DNA of 64,000 nucleotides, from assembly GCA_028023455.1 (NCBI GenBank), contig JAQFVV010000001.1, forward strand, positions 10,416,001 through 10,480,000, read 5' to 3'. The notes beneath the pieces were generated by a model, which saw nothing but the letters and a program-made list of their open reading frames with translations, was not told the DNA's origin and made no database searches. The position numbers were made by a program, and so were the translations under genes. The stretch comes from Epiperipatus broadwayi (lineage: Eukaryota > Animalia > Onychophora). Positions within the stretch are counted from its first letter, which is position 1. Each line of letters starts with the position of its first letter. Below, piece by piece: positions 46,001 through 58,501 of the stretch.

Positions 46001-48802
46001 AGCCATTAAGCTAATGCACATGTGCTTTGTGCATTTTTTTAACTGTAAATGAATTTTGCAAGCGTCATTCATTCAAGCATAGTAAAGTAATTTAAAGTGA
46101 TTGTTCAACAGCTTCACACTCTCATTCCCAAATGCTTAAGATTTTTCAATACATAAACATTTGGGTTGAAAGGATAGATGGATTCATTCTATCTTTTCAC
46201 AAAGACTTTATCTTGTGTTTGGAAGTGAGAGTATTCATTTATAGTTTTAAAAAATCCACAAAGCGAATGTGCATTAGCTTAATGACTGATTATTACTATT
46301 ACAGTTTATAAAAACATTGTGCTATATAAAATAAATATCTCATTTATATAGATCAAAACTTTAAACATCTTAGTAAAATACTCATTTCATTTTAGTAAAT
46401 TGCTATTATTCAGATCCTTATTAAATTATTACTTTATCTTTCATACATTAAATATATATACATATTTCATGATGGTGTATTTGTGTATAAATATTTTAAG
46501 TGAACATTGTAATTTCCTTTCATAAAAACTTTTTCAGATGTTATGATGAATTTTATTTTTTGTTGTAGTTGCTATTTCAAAAGCTTCTAAATTTATATTT
46601 TGTTGTTATCCTAAGAACAGATTTGAAACTTTCTTTTTAGTTATCTATTTTATATAGTCTTACAGAAAACATGTCTAAAAATATGCACACTGTGACTTTA
46701 TAAAAAAATATTTATCAAGAAAACATAGTTTCTCTTGAAACAAGAAAATATATACAAGCATAGTAAAATAGTAAGGAATCTTCATGTAGATTCATGGGAT
46801 TTTTATATCTTGTTTGATTGATGCAGTATCTAGGTCATAGTTATCATTGATACACTCCAGTATGTTTTCTAATTCAATGAGTGGCCATGACATCATTAAA
46901 TACAAGCCAGCATTTTAGACATATTATTTTAGAAATTTAATTTTTTAAAACAAAAATAATAATACATTTATCTATCTTTAAAGTAATTATTACAAACAAT
47001 ACATTTTAAAATTTCAAATATTACGTTTACAATATCTGTAATTTCAAAATCAATATATGCATACATACACATACATATGAGACTGTAATCTTATTTATTT
47101 ATTAAAGTCTCTTATTAAAATATATATAATATTGCTGCTTTTTTTTATTGAAATCAAAATATATATGCATCTTTCTTTTAAAATTATAAATAGTTTTAAC
47201 TTTCAAATAAGTTAATATTGTATTATTTTTAAAAGATAAAAAAAAAAAAAAATCACAAATTGTTTTATTTTCCAAAAGGTTTACAATAAGTTAAAATTAG
47301 ACAAGAATATCATTCTAACTCTTATTAAACAGAAAATGTATTCATAGAAACAAATCAATGATTTAAAATTAGATATGATAAAAAAAATAAAGTTAGAGGA
47401 GTCATCAAATAGCAATTTTGATAATTAACAACCCTATAAACAATAAATGAAAGGCTTAAAATTTTTATATAGATATATCAATTGCATAACCAGATAGAAC
47501 AATATATATACAAACACACACATGAGAAATGATACAAAATTTTATAAATAACCATTTACATCAATAAATTCAAATTACTATAAATTACTTACCTAATTCA
47601 TATGGTTTTGATAAAATCTCATTTGGTATTAATGAAAAAATTGGATTAGATGGATGTAAATTGGCAAGATGAAAAAGTTGCCTTGAGTATAATGCTGACC
47701 TAAAATGTAAATAAATTCTAGAATGAATAGATAGATGGATTAATAAGTACATATATATATATAAGAGGCAGGAAGGCATATTGATTAACAGGCAGGTAGT
47801 ATGTATATATAGGGATATAATTATAAAAGCTGTATATATTTTTATCACTTATGATATAAAATACATATGAATTATATCAATTTTAAAAAACTATATATTT
47901 TTATGTAAATACAGTAAAATCATTAATTGTTTTTCATTTCTCTAATTAATAATCTGCTTTTATAAACTTTGTTTAAAAAATCTATAACAAAATACAGTCA
48001 TTATGTAAACTAAAAGGGAAAATCATTTATATACTGTGAGGGTAGCTTAAGATCGCACCCACAACAAACGTTAGCCACCTGAAATATTGGATTGTCTTTT
48101 AAGTAGAATGTAAATATAAAATAAATACTAAGTTTTGCTAGTACACTTTTTTAAAAATATATAAATGTATAAATAGTTATGACAGTAAACTAATTGTATA
48201 TTAAATAGTGGGAATGGTAGATTGTTTTACAAAAATCACACATATATATTAGTAATAAAATTCTAGTGTTTAAAAAAATAAATAAATAAACATTGATAAA
48301 GTTCGTATAAATTTATATATATAAGTTGACAATTAATATAGATAATGACTTAAACGGCAAAAAAAAAAAAATAATTATAGCAATAAAAAAAAAAATCAAG
48401 TATTGTATTAAGTAATTGAATATAAGAAGGAGATAATAATTAATATATTATTTTATTATTTATTTTATTTTTTAAAATGATTCGATAATAAAAATATTTT
48501 TATAATGCAACAATAGGCAAGTGCTGTGACTAAACAATGGAAATGATTTTGGGTATAAAAAAGAAAAAAATTAAAAATCGTAGTTTATTATTGTGCATTT
48601 GACATGAAATTGAAGCAGTTATTTTAATAACATTTTCTACAAAATGGACATTTTTTTAAAACCAGCATCTCAACAAATGAAGATTCTTATAACAGCTAAA
48701 TATTCAGATAAAGATAAAATAACTTATAAATTTAAAAAAAAATATCATGATTTTTTTAAAGAAACTAAAAAAGAAATTAGAATGGTTTATTCAGTTAAAG
48801 GT
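43070..48802 (+). mobile_element. Probable piggyBac-like element (ends only; interior decayed or filled by insertions)
   Basis: TTAA|CCCTTTAACTG at 43066-43080 and CAGTTAAAGGT|TTAT at 48792-48806; no transposase core recognised. Confidence 0.35.
43580..43810 (+). promoter_or_regulatory. CpG-retaining promoter-like module: two CCAAT boxes, YY1-like site, CRE
   Basis: AGCCAATCA with CCAAT at 43589 and 43629; GCACCATCTT at ~43713; TGACGTCA at 43794-43801. Confidence 0.5.
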
Positions 48803-48997
48803 TTATATAGCCAATATTGAAAACAGTAAATAGCTGTATTCTATAATTTTTTTTTATTAAATGTGAACTGCATGTATATAAATCTAGATATATATTGCAA
48901 AATATGAAATATTTTGGCTAGAACGATTGTCTTCAGGTGGAGCATTTATCCACTATGTCCATGTGAAGTTAATATATATATATGTATTTATATATTT

Positions 48998-49036
48998 TAC
49001 AGTTTCGACTGTACTAGCAGTCTTCATCAGAACTAC
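48998..49036 (-). ncRNA. Minimal hammerhead ribozyme core (solitary)
   Basis: Minus CTGATGA A GACTG ctagta CAGTC GAAAC T GTA; helix I weak. Confidence 0.55.
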
Positions 49037-52000
49037 ATTTAAGTGCCTGATAAAATGGGTCCACGCAGGATGGAAATCTACATGAGGAATAAAACAAAAT
49101 CACCCACTGCCAATATAAATATGCTCAGAATGTGCTATTCAAAATTAATAAGGAGTTCTCAACATTTATAATAAAAAAATACACAAATTGTAAGAACTGT
49201 TTGTGTAAGAAGGACTCTAAGGAAGAATTGTGCCTGATCATATCGATTCATGAAATATTGTAAATATTATTTTTTCTTTTGTATAGATATGTCTTATTAT
49301 TTTTTGTATTTTTATTTTATTATCTCCATCTTATATTTCGGGAGTACTAATGGTTTAATTCAACAGTTTGGAACAGTCCAACATAAGAAAATGTCAAGAG
49401 AGTAGGGGAAGGTTGAAAAGTCTGTTTTTTTTTCCTTTTAATAAAATTTATGTAAATTTTCTGCCAAAATACTTTATTTTTCATCTTTGAATATGAAATT
49501 GAGCTCAAACAGAACACTTAAATAGTAAGTTTTTCTCTTTTAAAGTCATTAAAATAACCAAAGTCACAACATGACATGACTACTTGTTGTTTGTAATGAA
49601 TAAATGATTAATACTTTTAAGTAATATTCTTTACTATTTTCTTTGCTATCCTATCATGTATTGTTTATGTATTATATTTCTTCCATGATATATAAATATG
49701 CAAAGTGATTCTTTTAAATCAACCAACTTCTACACCTAAAACTGCATACTGCATCTGGAGTTGCATTTAAATTTCTAATTTAGTTAGCAATCTCACTTTT
49801 ATTTAAAAAAATTTTCATTATTTTTGAATATATAAATGACTATATTGAGTGTCTATCATATGAAAGAAGGGTAAATAATTTTAAATTGTTTAATTAACAA
49901 AATGATAGATACTCATCATAGTCATAAAAGTTATAAGTACAGTGGAATATATCCAAATAATTTATTTGCACTTGTAAATATTTTTTTTTAATTTTCTTTT
50001 CTACATTGATTGATAATTTGTTCTATATTTTTAATATATTTTGTTTTTTTTGTAAATAAATATTATGAAGTTTTGTTTAATTGACAATATCACTCACTAG
50101 TTTTGTTGATCCAGCATTTACATTCAATCCTATAACCAATATTTTACACATACACACACACACATTATTGTTTGATGAGCATGAGAGAAAAATGTTAAAT
50201 AAAGGTCATTCCTTGCTAATAAATAGAATGAGCTAATTTAGTAGTTGACTAATAATCTGCATAGGTACATCCCTGTTAAGAGAGTCGAACGTGAATTCTT
50301 CCTGAGTTCGAATATCTGAAGCAATGGTTCCGAAAAAGAGTGGTGAGATGTTAGATGAACCGATTTAAATTACATGTAGATTTGATAGATAAGACTTAGG
50401 CTAGTATATTAAAGGATGTAATCATGAGTCATATACTTCATCGTGTCATCTCCAGCATCCTTCATGAAGACCCTAGGTCCGACAGTAGTCAGATGCGACC
50501 TTCTCTTGGCACATCATCCGACCCGACTGTTACATTACACATACGCATTTCTTACAACAACTCTAATTACATTAACAACTAAAAAATAATATGTATATAA
50601 TTTCAAGATTTTATATAGTACAAGCTAAAACAGTTATGAGTTCAAATTTAAATATTTTAACTTATACTGGAGCAATAATTAAGATACCTAGATGATAATA
50701 AGAGTTAAACAGTTTACTGTAAAATTAGATTCTAGATCAATATTTAACATGTGATAGTTATGAATAATAATTGTTGAATTTTCCTATTTCAATGCAGTTA
50801 ACAGATCCTTGAATGTTTACTACAAAGAAATATATGCTATTAAGCATGTATTATTAAATATATAATTTTAAAATTACTGTAAACAAAGAGTGAAGAATTA
50901 TAATGTAATATCACTTTAAAACATATAATAAAAATGATAAAGTAAAATATATAAGATAGTATAACTGCTCCAAAAATAAAGAAAAATATAATATTAGACT
51001 GGGAATTCTCATGGTTCTCAATGCTAAACAATTATATCACACCCAAATACTTCCTTTACTAAAAATCAGTCTTAAATATTTTCTCTCACTCATATGGGAT
51101 TTATTTTATATTAACAGTGTAGAAAATCAATACTTGGGAAAATGTGGTCATATGTAAATATGTAAATGGTATAGATGGTTTAAGCAATCACATCAAGATA
51201 ATACAATGATACAAGTTTTAAATATAGAATTGTTTTATTTCAAATTAAAACAAATATATTTTCTGTTGGGAGAATGTTTGATGATACTTGTCATTTATTA
51301 TTTAGCAAAGCCAATCTGTTTGTATACGTGTATTCATGTATGTGGCACATATCAGTGGAAAATTACTGAGGGCATAGATATGAAATTAGATACTATGACA
51401 TTTTGATAAAAATATAATAGTAAGTTTTATGATTTGTTTTGTGATCATAATAATAAATGATGTGTTTATTTATATTAAAAACAGTATTCAATACTGTGAT
51501 TGTTATTGTCAAAATAATAATTAACAAAATCATATGCAAACTTCCAAGATTGCAATTTTTAAATGTTTCAGTATATAATGATAACAGTTACTTAGTAATA
51601 AATGAGAAAGTGGATGCAAAACAGAGAAGTAAAGAGAAAAGTGACAATAAAATTAAGGAAACACATCAAATTAGATAATATTTAAAAAAATTAATTTAAA
51701 TCTTTAAATAATGACTGGTTTAAAAGTTAAATAATATTAACCTTCCATAAAGACTAATTTTTAAATCTTAATAAAATTATTATCAACCAGATTGACCATG
51801 TGTTAATTCTATACCAAAGTGCAATCATTAATCAAAAGAATACATTCTATTCAAAATAAGTTTGTGAATCAAACTAGGCCACTTCATCAAATTGTATAAA
51901 TGTAATTACAATTTGATTGATTTGTCTTGAATTCTACAGAATTTATTAATCTTAATTCTCATATCTTTAGAATGGTTTTAGGCATAGTAAGACTTAAAAA

Positions 52001-52736
52001 GTTATGTCTTTAATTAAACAATTACAGTTTAAATTATATTTGCATATCTGGTCAATTTAGCCTCAAGAATTATTTCACAAAAATCCCTATGGTACAATAT
52101 AATGTTTAATACAAATCCCCTATTTATAGAATTTAAAATTTTGTAAATGCAATGTACATATTCCACCTTTTACTTATTCATCAAAACCTGTCTCATATAT
52201 TTATGACATTAGTATTATATTTGAGAAACTTACAATCTCAGACTAGATATAATAAACATCTCCACACTTCCCCAATTCTTTTCAAATTCATATAAATAAA
52301 GATATAATAAAAGACAAACAACCACCAAAATGCATTTCGTGCTGAACCTGCATTTCATGCTGAACCAGCACTCATCAGTTGGCCCAGGTCACTATCTCTC
52401 ATATATATCTCTATTATATGCAAAGTATTTATCTAGAGCAAATTGTTACATTTTCATTTACCATTGTCAAACTCCCTCCACTCACAACTTTGATGCCATC
52501 CATTTCAGATAAATACATTAATGATTATTACTAATCATTTTCGAAACTAGAGATTATCTCTAGCACAGATATAAACCCTAAACCTCAGTTAAACATTAAT
52601 ATTTTTTAAAATTTACACACACGGAGTTATTCACCTTTTTCTGTCCCATATGTAATATCCTTAAAGATATAATAAACACCTCCACACTTCCCCAATTCTT
52701 TTCAAATTCATATTAATAAAGATATAATAAAAGACA

Positions 52737-52795
52737 AATGACCCCCAAGATGCATTTCATACTGAACCAGCACTCATCAGTTGGCCCAGGTCACT
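52737..52795 (-). ncRNA. Type I hammerhead ribozyme B2 (B1 at ~52321-52392 has an 18-nt internal duplication)
   Basis: AGUGACC uggg CCAA CUGAUGA GUGCUG guu CAGUAU GAAA UGCA UC UUGG g GGUCAUU. Confidence 0.85.
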
Positions 52796-53037
52796 ATCGC
52801 TCATGTGTGTAAATTTTAAAAAATCAGATATATTAATCTTTAACTGAGGTTTAAAGTTTATATCTGTGCTAGATATAATCTCTAGTTTCGAAAATGATTA
52901 GTAATAATCATTAGTGTACTTATCTGAAATGGATGGCGTCAAAGTTGTGAGTGGAGGGAGTTTGACAATGGTAAATGAAAATGTAACAATTTTCTCTAGA
53001 TAAATACTTTGCATATATAGAAATATATATGAGAGAT

Positions 53038-53094
53038 AGTGACCTGGGCCAACTGATGAGTGCTGGTTCAGCACGAAATGCATCTTTGGGATCG
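53038..53094 (+). ncRNA. Type I hammerhead ribozyme B3
   Basis: AGTGACC tggg CCAA CTGATGA GTGCTG gtt CAGCAC GAAA TGCA TC TTTGGG ATCG. Confidence 0.85.
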
Positions 53095-53593
53095 TTTGTC
53101 TTTAATTATATCTTTATTTATATGAATTTGAAAAAAATTGGGGAAGTGTGGAGGTGTTTATTATATCTATAAAGATATTACACACAGGACTGAGAAAGCT
53201 GAATAACTCCGTGTGTGTAAATTTTAAAAAATCAGATATATTAATCTTTAACTGAGGTTTAAAGTTTATATCTGTGCTAGAGATAATCTCTAGTTTTGAA
53301 AATGATTAGTAATAATCATTAGTGTATTTATCTGAAATGGATGGCGTCAAAGTTGTGAGTAGAGGGAGTTTGACAATGGTAAATGAAAATGTAACAATCT
53401 CAGAATACTTCAGAATATAGCAAACAACAAATTCAGTAAGTGGTTGTAGTGTGTTATCATGTTATACACAACAATCTTATTTGATTTGCCAATGAATATA
53501 TTAAAATTTTAAATGAATATAAAAGTTGGATGATCTAGTAATTAAAAAGGTACACAAAAAATTTTGGAAGCGTAAGCCTGAAAGACAGACAGA

Positions 53594-53786
53594 CTCTCTC
53601 TCTCTCCCCCTCCCTCTCCCCTCCCTCCCTCTCTCTCTCTCTCCCTCCCTCTCTCTCCCCCTCCCTCTCTCTCTCTCTCCCTCCCTCCCTCTCTCTCTCC
53701 CCCTCCCTCCCTCTCTCTCTCCCCCTCCCTCCCTCCCTCTCTCTCTCTCTCTCTCCCTCTCTCTCTCTCTATATATATATATATAT
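53594..53786 (+). repeat. Polypyrimidine (CT/CCCT)n microsatellite followed by (AT)n
   Basis: Read directly from the sequence. Confidence 0.97.
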
Positions 53787-53890
53787 GGATGTGATATCCA
53801 TATAAACTGAAATAAATATATGTAATAAAAAAATAAATAATGGTAGTATTTAGCCATTAAATAATAATACAGAAACATGCTTTCAATTAC

Positions 53891-53974
53891 TTCAATGTAA
53901 TCTTTCTCAAATGCATATGTTAATGGAGAAGAAAGTCCAGAAATTAAATAAGTCAATCCATTTCTGGGCACATC
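53891..53974 (-). CDS. Candidate internal exon, 84 nt, phase 0-0: DVPRNGLTYLISGLSSPLTYAFEKDYIE
   Basis: Acceptor aatgtttAG, donor GTAATT, open frame, length a multiple of 3; protein not recognised. Confidence 0.4.
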
Positions 53975-55849
53975 CTAAACATTTTTATTTCAAGTTAAAT
54001 ATGAAAAGTCCAATTATGGTTGAAGAACCAACTATGTTATGTGTTTTTAATCCAAAATAAATAAATAAATGTTTATTATAAAAACTGTTTTTATATCTAT
54101 AGCCTCATTCATTATGTATTTTAATAATACTTACTTTACTTTTCATATTATAAAAAAAATTATACAAATATTTTTTTCTTTATTGGTGTTTTATAAATTG
54201 ACTTTTCTTTTAACTTTTCTCAACTATAACATTGAGACTATTGGGATAATCAGTTATATCATTATTGCTTTTATCAATGATGCTATTAGCATCAATATAG
54301 TTATAACAATGTTGTATAAAATGTGATTCTAAAAATTAATTAGATTCCCAATCTATATTAATAAATCAACATAGTAAGTGTTGTTTGGTCTTTTTTTTTT
54401 TACATTTACTATCCATTTTTATTGGCTTTAACTAACTTCCTTGGTAACCTATAAATGAATTAATTTTCTACGTTCCAGAATCAATTATTTAAAAATTTAC
54501 TATTATCATAAATCTCCTTAATTGATATAAATTCTATATCAGTACTAAAATTAATATCCTCATGGTCATATTACAGAACATATTTGTATTTTATAGCTAC
54601 TAGTATTCATTTTTGTATATACTAATTATTAGTGTTTATTAAATTCATCTCATTACATCTTTGACATTTCAATTATTATTTTTTTGTTATAAATTTTATG
54701 AGTAGTGTTTTTGATCTTTTATTCTATTGATATTAATGAAACTTGTTATAGATGATGATTACAATATAAATATTTCTAACTTTTATCAATATCATGCTAC
54801 TGCACAAATACTCTTCTTGAGTAAAATTTCTAGATAGTTCCTATACAAATCACGATTTTTTGTATAGAATATTTTCAAAAAATCTCTATTCTTTTTTAAT
54901 CAAAATTCTATCTCAATGTTCAACTTTTACTCTTATTTTCAAAGTCATTTGTTTTTGTTATTGGAAAATAAAAAATATTAGAACGCACTAATTTTAAATT
55001 CCTATGATTCTGTCACTGCCAACTGCTTTTTCAAAACAAGAATAACTGCTCTCTTCCTGTAACATAAAAATTTAATACCTATTTTTCTTTTAGTGCACCA
55101 TTATTATTATCTGTAGCTAATAACCTCTTTTCTTCATAGAAGTTCCTTTGACATGAGAAAAATCTAGTAGCTAATATCACAATATTTGATAATAAAAAGG
55201 AATTCAGTTATATTGCCTTCACAGTTGCTCTATCGATATTGTCAAGATTAATCTGCTATTCATAAAGCTGAGAATCTTTACAATAACATGATTACTTCCC
55301 AATAGCATATTAATTTGTCATTAGTTTGAAAATTATTGGCTCTTCACTAAGCACCTGGGTTTTCAAAATACTTTTAAAACAACATCAAGCTCATACTCTT
55401 CATAATGATAGAACTCAAATAAATTATAACCTGCCCACCTATTACTGGAATTACAATAAATTCTAGTCTGTTCTTTTAAAAATATTGAAATCTGAATTTA
55501 GTAAAATGTGCTTTATTCTTATCTTAGCTTCATAAATGTTGCCTACAGTCCTCTAACTAGGATTGAGTAGAACTATATACCAAGTGATACTTCCCCAGGT
55601 AAAACCACTTGTAAAATCCTCACATTTACTTAATGTTGCTGTTAGTTTTAAAATATAAGCAAAATATAAATTTGGCAACAAAAGCTACAATTAAATACAG
55701 ACAAGCTCGTTTCAGAGCTATAAATCTTGATATCTGAATAGATATTTGAAATTCAATTTGCACTTGTCAAAATGCTAGAAAATTCTAGCCCAAACATTAC
55801 TAATGACGTTACCAATAACGTTAAAGCAAAAAATATCTCACTAAATAAA

Positions 55850-57480
55850 CATTAAAAAGAAAACTCAGTTAATGAGGTGGTTAAAACGATAGAATTTACT
55901 TCCCAGAATTTGAATGGTTCATTAAATGTTTCACATAAGCCTTTTAGTGATGACAATTTATAAGTAAAAATATAGTCTACATATGCTAACACTTGAAAAA
56001 ATAACAGTGAACAAACTATAACAATTAATAGTGAGAATATTATGGATTTTTTTATCACCAATTGCCAAGAATTTGAACGAATAAATATATCTATTGAAAA
56101 TATAAATAACCGAACAGACAAATACTAATGATTATGATCAAATTATTGAAAAATTCTTTCAAACAATCCCATTAACGGTTTTAAAATCATTTCAGAAATT
56201 TAATACTGATAAAACATTAATCACTGCCATTTCTGACAGAAATATTTCTTTAATATAATTCCTAGCTGATGGATTCTATCAATTTTTAATGGGAAAAAAA
56301 TCATGAGGATCTATTTTCAAAATCTGAAATCACCCAAATAATCAATATTTGGTTCTCGAATTTCACAACATAATGCAAAAACAAATCTTCCAAAAACATA
56401 TACAATTCTTAAACAAATATATTTGTTATATAAACGTTAATAGAAAGTTAAATTAGCAGGTCAAATCAAAAATTGTCATGTCGGATTTAGAAATTAAATC
56501 CTTGCAAAACATATTAAATTCATATAGAAAAATTTCTAATTTCAGACACTTGCTGGAAAAAACAGCATCAGTACCAGTACTGACAAATACAGCCTTTTTC
56601 AACATGACCCTAAATAAAGGTATACAACCATTCATGTCACGGACTCTTCACCACTCTTAATAGCTTTTAAAGAAATACAAAATCCAGAAATCATATAATA
56701 AAAGACTGCAATGAGCACTTCTGTGGTATATGTGGTTTAAAAAAAACTAAGCTATATCGGTGCAAAAAGTCACCAGGATCATCCATCAATGAATAGAACA
56801 TTAATCAAGAAATGAATGATAATTTGGGATATTCAGATCCCACAAAAAAATAGAACATCAACCCTGAAGACAAGTCAATTGGCTTCCAAACAAAAGATGA
56901 AATACTTAAATCTACAACTCATACAAACTTCACTGATGATTATACTATTGACTCATCAAATGAATCTGAAATAGACGTAACTACAAATAATGATAATAAT
57001 AAAACTCACCATCATCTGAAATTGAAGAAGACTTTAAAACAATCATAAAGACAAAAAAAAGAAATAAGAAGGAAACAGCATCTGATAACACTAGTATAAA
57101 TGATTCGCATATGATAACAGAATATCAAACAAACACCAGCTTTAAAAAAAAATTATTATTCTTTACAATATGGCACCCTCTGCTAAAAAAAAAGGAAACT
57201 ATTTAACATATCAACAAAAAAACTTCAAGTGACAACTCAAAATCTATACATTGGACAAGACAACAAAGTGATAATTTTCCACTGACTTCTAAACATAGTT
57301 GGCACTACTGGAGTTGAAAGCAATAATAAACAAACCAGAGTAAAGAAAAGTAACATTGCTAAAGAAATCAACATAACAAAAGAACAAACCTCAACTCACA
57401 CAAGACATGCAGAATAATAATTCATCTACTGAAATCATGCAATAACCGCAGCATCACAATCACCCAAAATTATATTTGGT
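55850..57480 (+). mobile_element. Decayed ORF1-like (L1/Tx1-type?) non-LTR remnant
   Basis: Long interrupted coding-like frame; ILNSYRKISNFRH..VPVLTNTAFFNMTL and a CxxC knuckle-like FCGICG; clade uncertain. Confidence 0.35.
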
Positions 57481-58501
57481 TTTTCTTCCAAAATTTATGA
57501 CAGATTGGATGTTAGATATTGTACATGGTTTAATACAACCAAATCCACCTTTAGAATTCTACTTACAAACTGCTCATTTAAATCTACACATTTTGCAATG
57601 GAATTTCTTAAGGGCTTAAAAATATTTAATTTAAGTGCAAAAGTTAATGTTGACTAAATCTAAGTTCAAGTTCAGTTTTTAAGTTGTGGTTTTTTCATTA
57701 GGTATGGCATTACACACACACACACAGTAAAATATATGTTATAATATTGGCTAAGTTTATTTAACTGTAAAAAAAAAAAATTAAACTGTGGACTTATTAG
57801 CCAAATTTGTTATCAATTTGTAAAAGATTTTTTTTATATTTTAGGAATAATACTTAATTTTAAAACTCTTTATCAACTATTAATCCATTAGTTTTATTAA
57901 TTAAAACTTTAACAAAATCTTTTTTTTTCTTAAGTAATTATTGTTCCTATTGTACATTTGTTATCTAAAAAATTTCGGCTAAATTTAATTATAAATTTGG
58001 TGAATTTCTTAATTAAAAATTGCTAGCTTATCTAGGTTCAAAAAATTAATCACTGGCTTGCTAAATAGTTGAAATTCTTGTGTGGTCTGTAGATCTATTG
58101 TTCTTTCTGCTACTCATTGCTGATTCACTATACTCTGCCTATGCACTATTGATTCTGCTTAGTCTGCATATTCTACTTACCCTTTCGTGATTCAATCATT
58201 CTGCAAAACACTCTGCATTTTGTTCTAGTTTCTTCAACAATGATTCAGCAGTATTTTATCTGTACTTGGTTAGATAATGAATTCAGAATCTTTCCTAATA
58301 ACTTTGTTTAATGCTATGTGCTGCTAAAGCACCAGAAACAAACTCCACTCTCCAGTATGAACCTGTAACCATAATATGTTAAACCTGGCCTGCTAATAGA
58401 CAAACTCCTGCCAACTATTACAATCTAAGAGACCATCGATACAATGCATTTATCTTGGCTGATGAAGCAGCTTCATGATACTCCAATACTTGACCAATAA
58501 A

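Larger units (their letters stand above)
52245..53397. mobile_element. HHR retrozyme family B: ~1.35 tandem monomers then ~1.45 inverted tandem monomers (~402-408 nt); remnant at ~3560-3595
   Basis: ctcatcag at 52371 and 52773; inversion junction ~52800; gtgtgtaaattttaaaaaatcag repeated at 408-nt spacing. Confidence 0.88.

Noticed and set aside
53501-53810. RE/G-rich and SL/P-rich ORFs
   Set aside because: Translation of the CT microsatellite; only the 53891-53974 part looks exon-like
58455-58480. CTGATGAAGCAGC
   Set aside because: No GAAA or helix III follows
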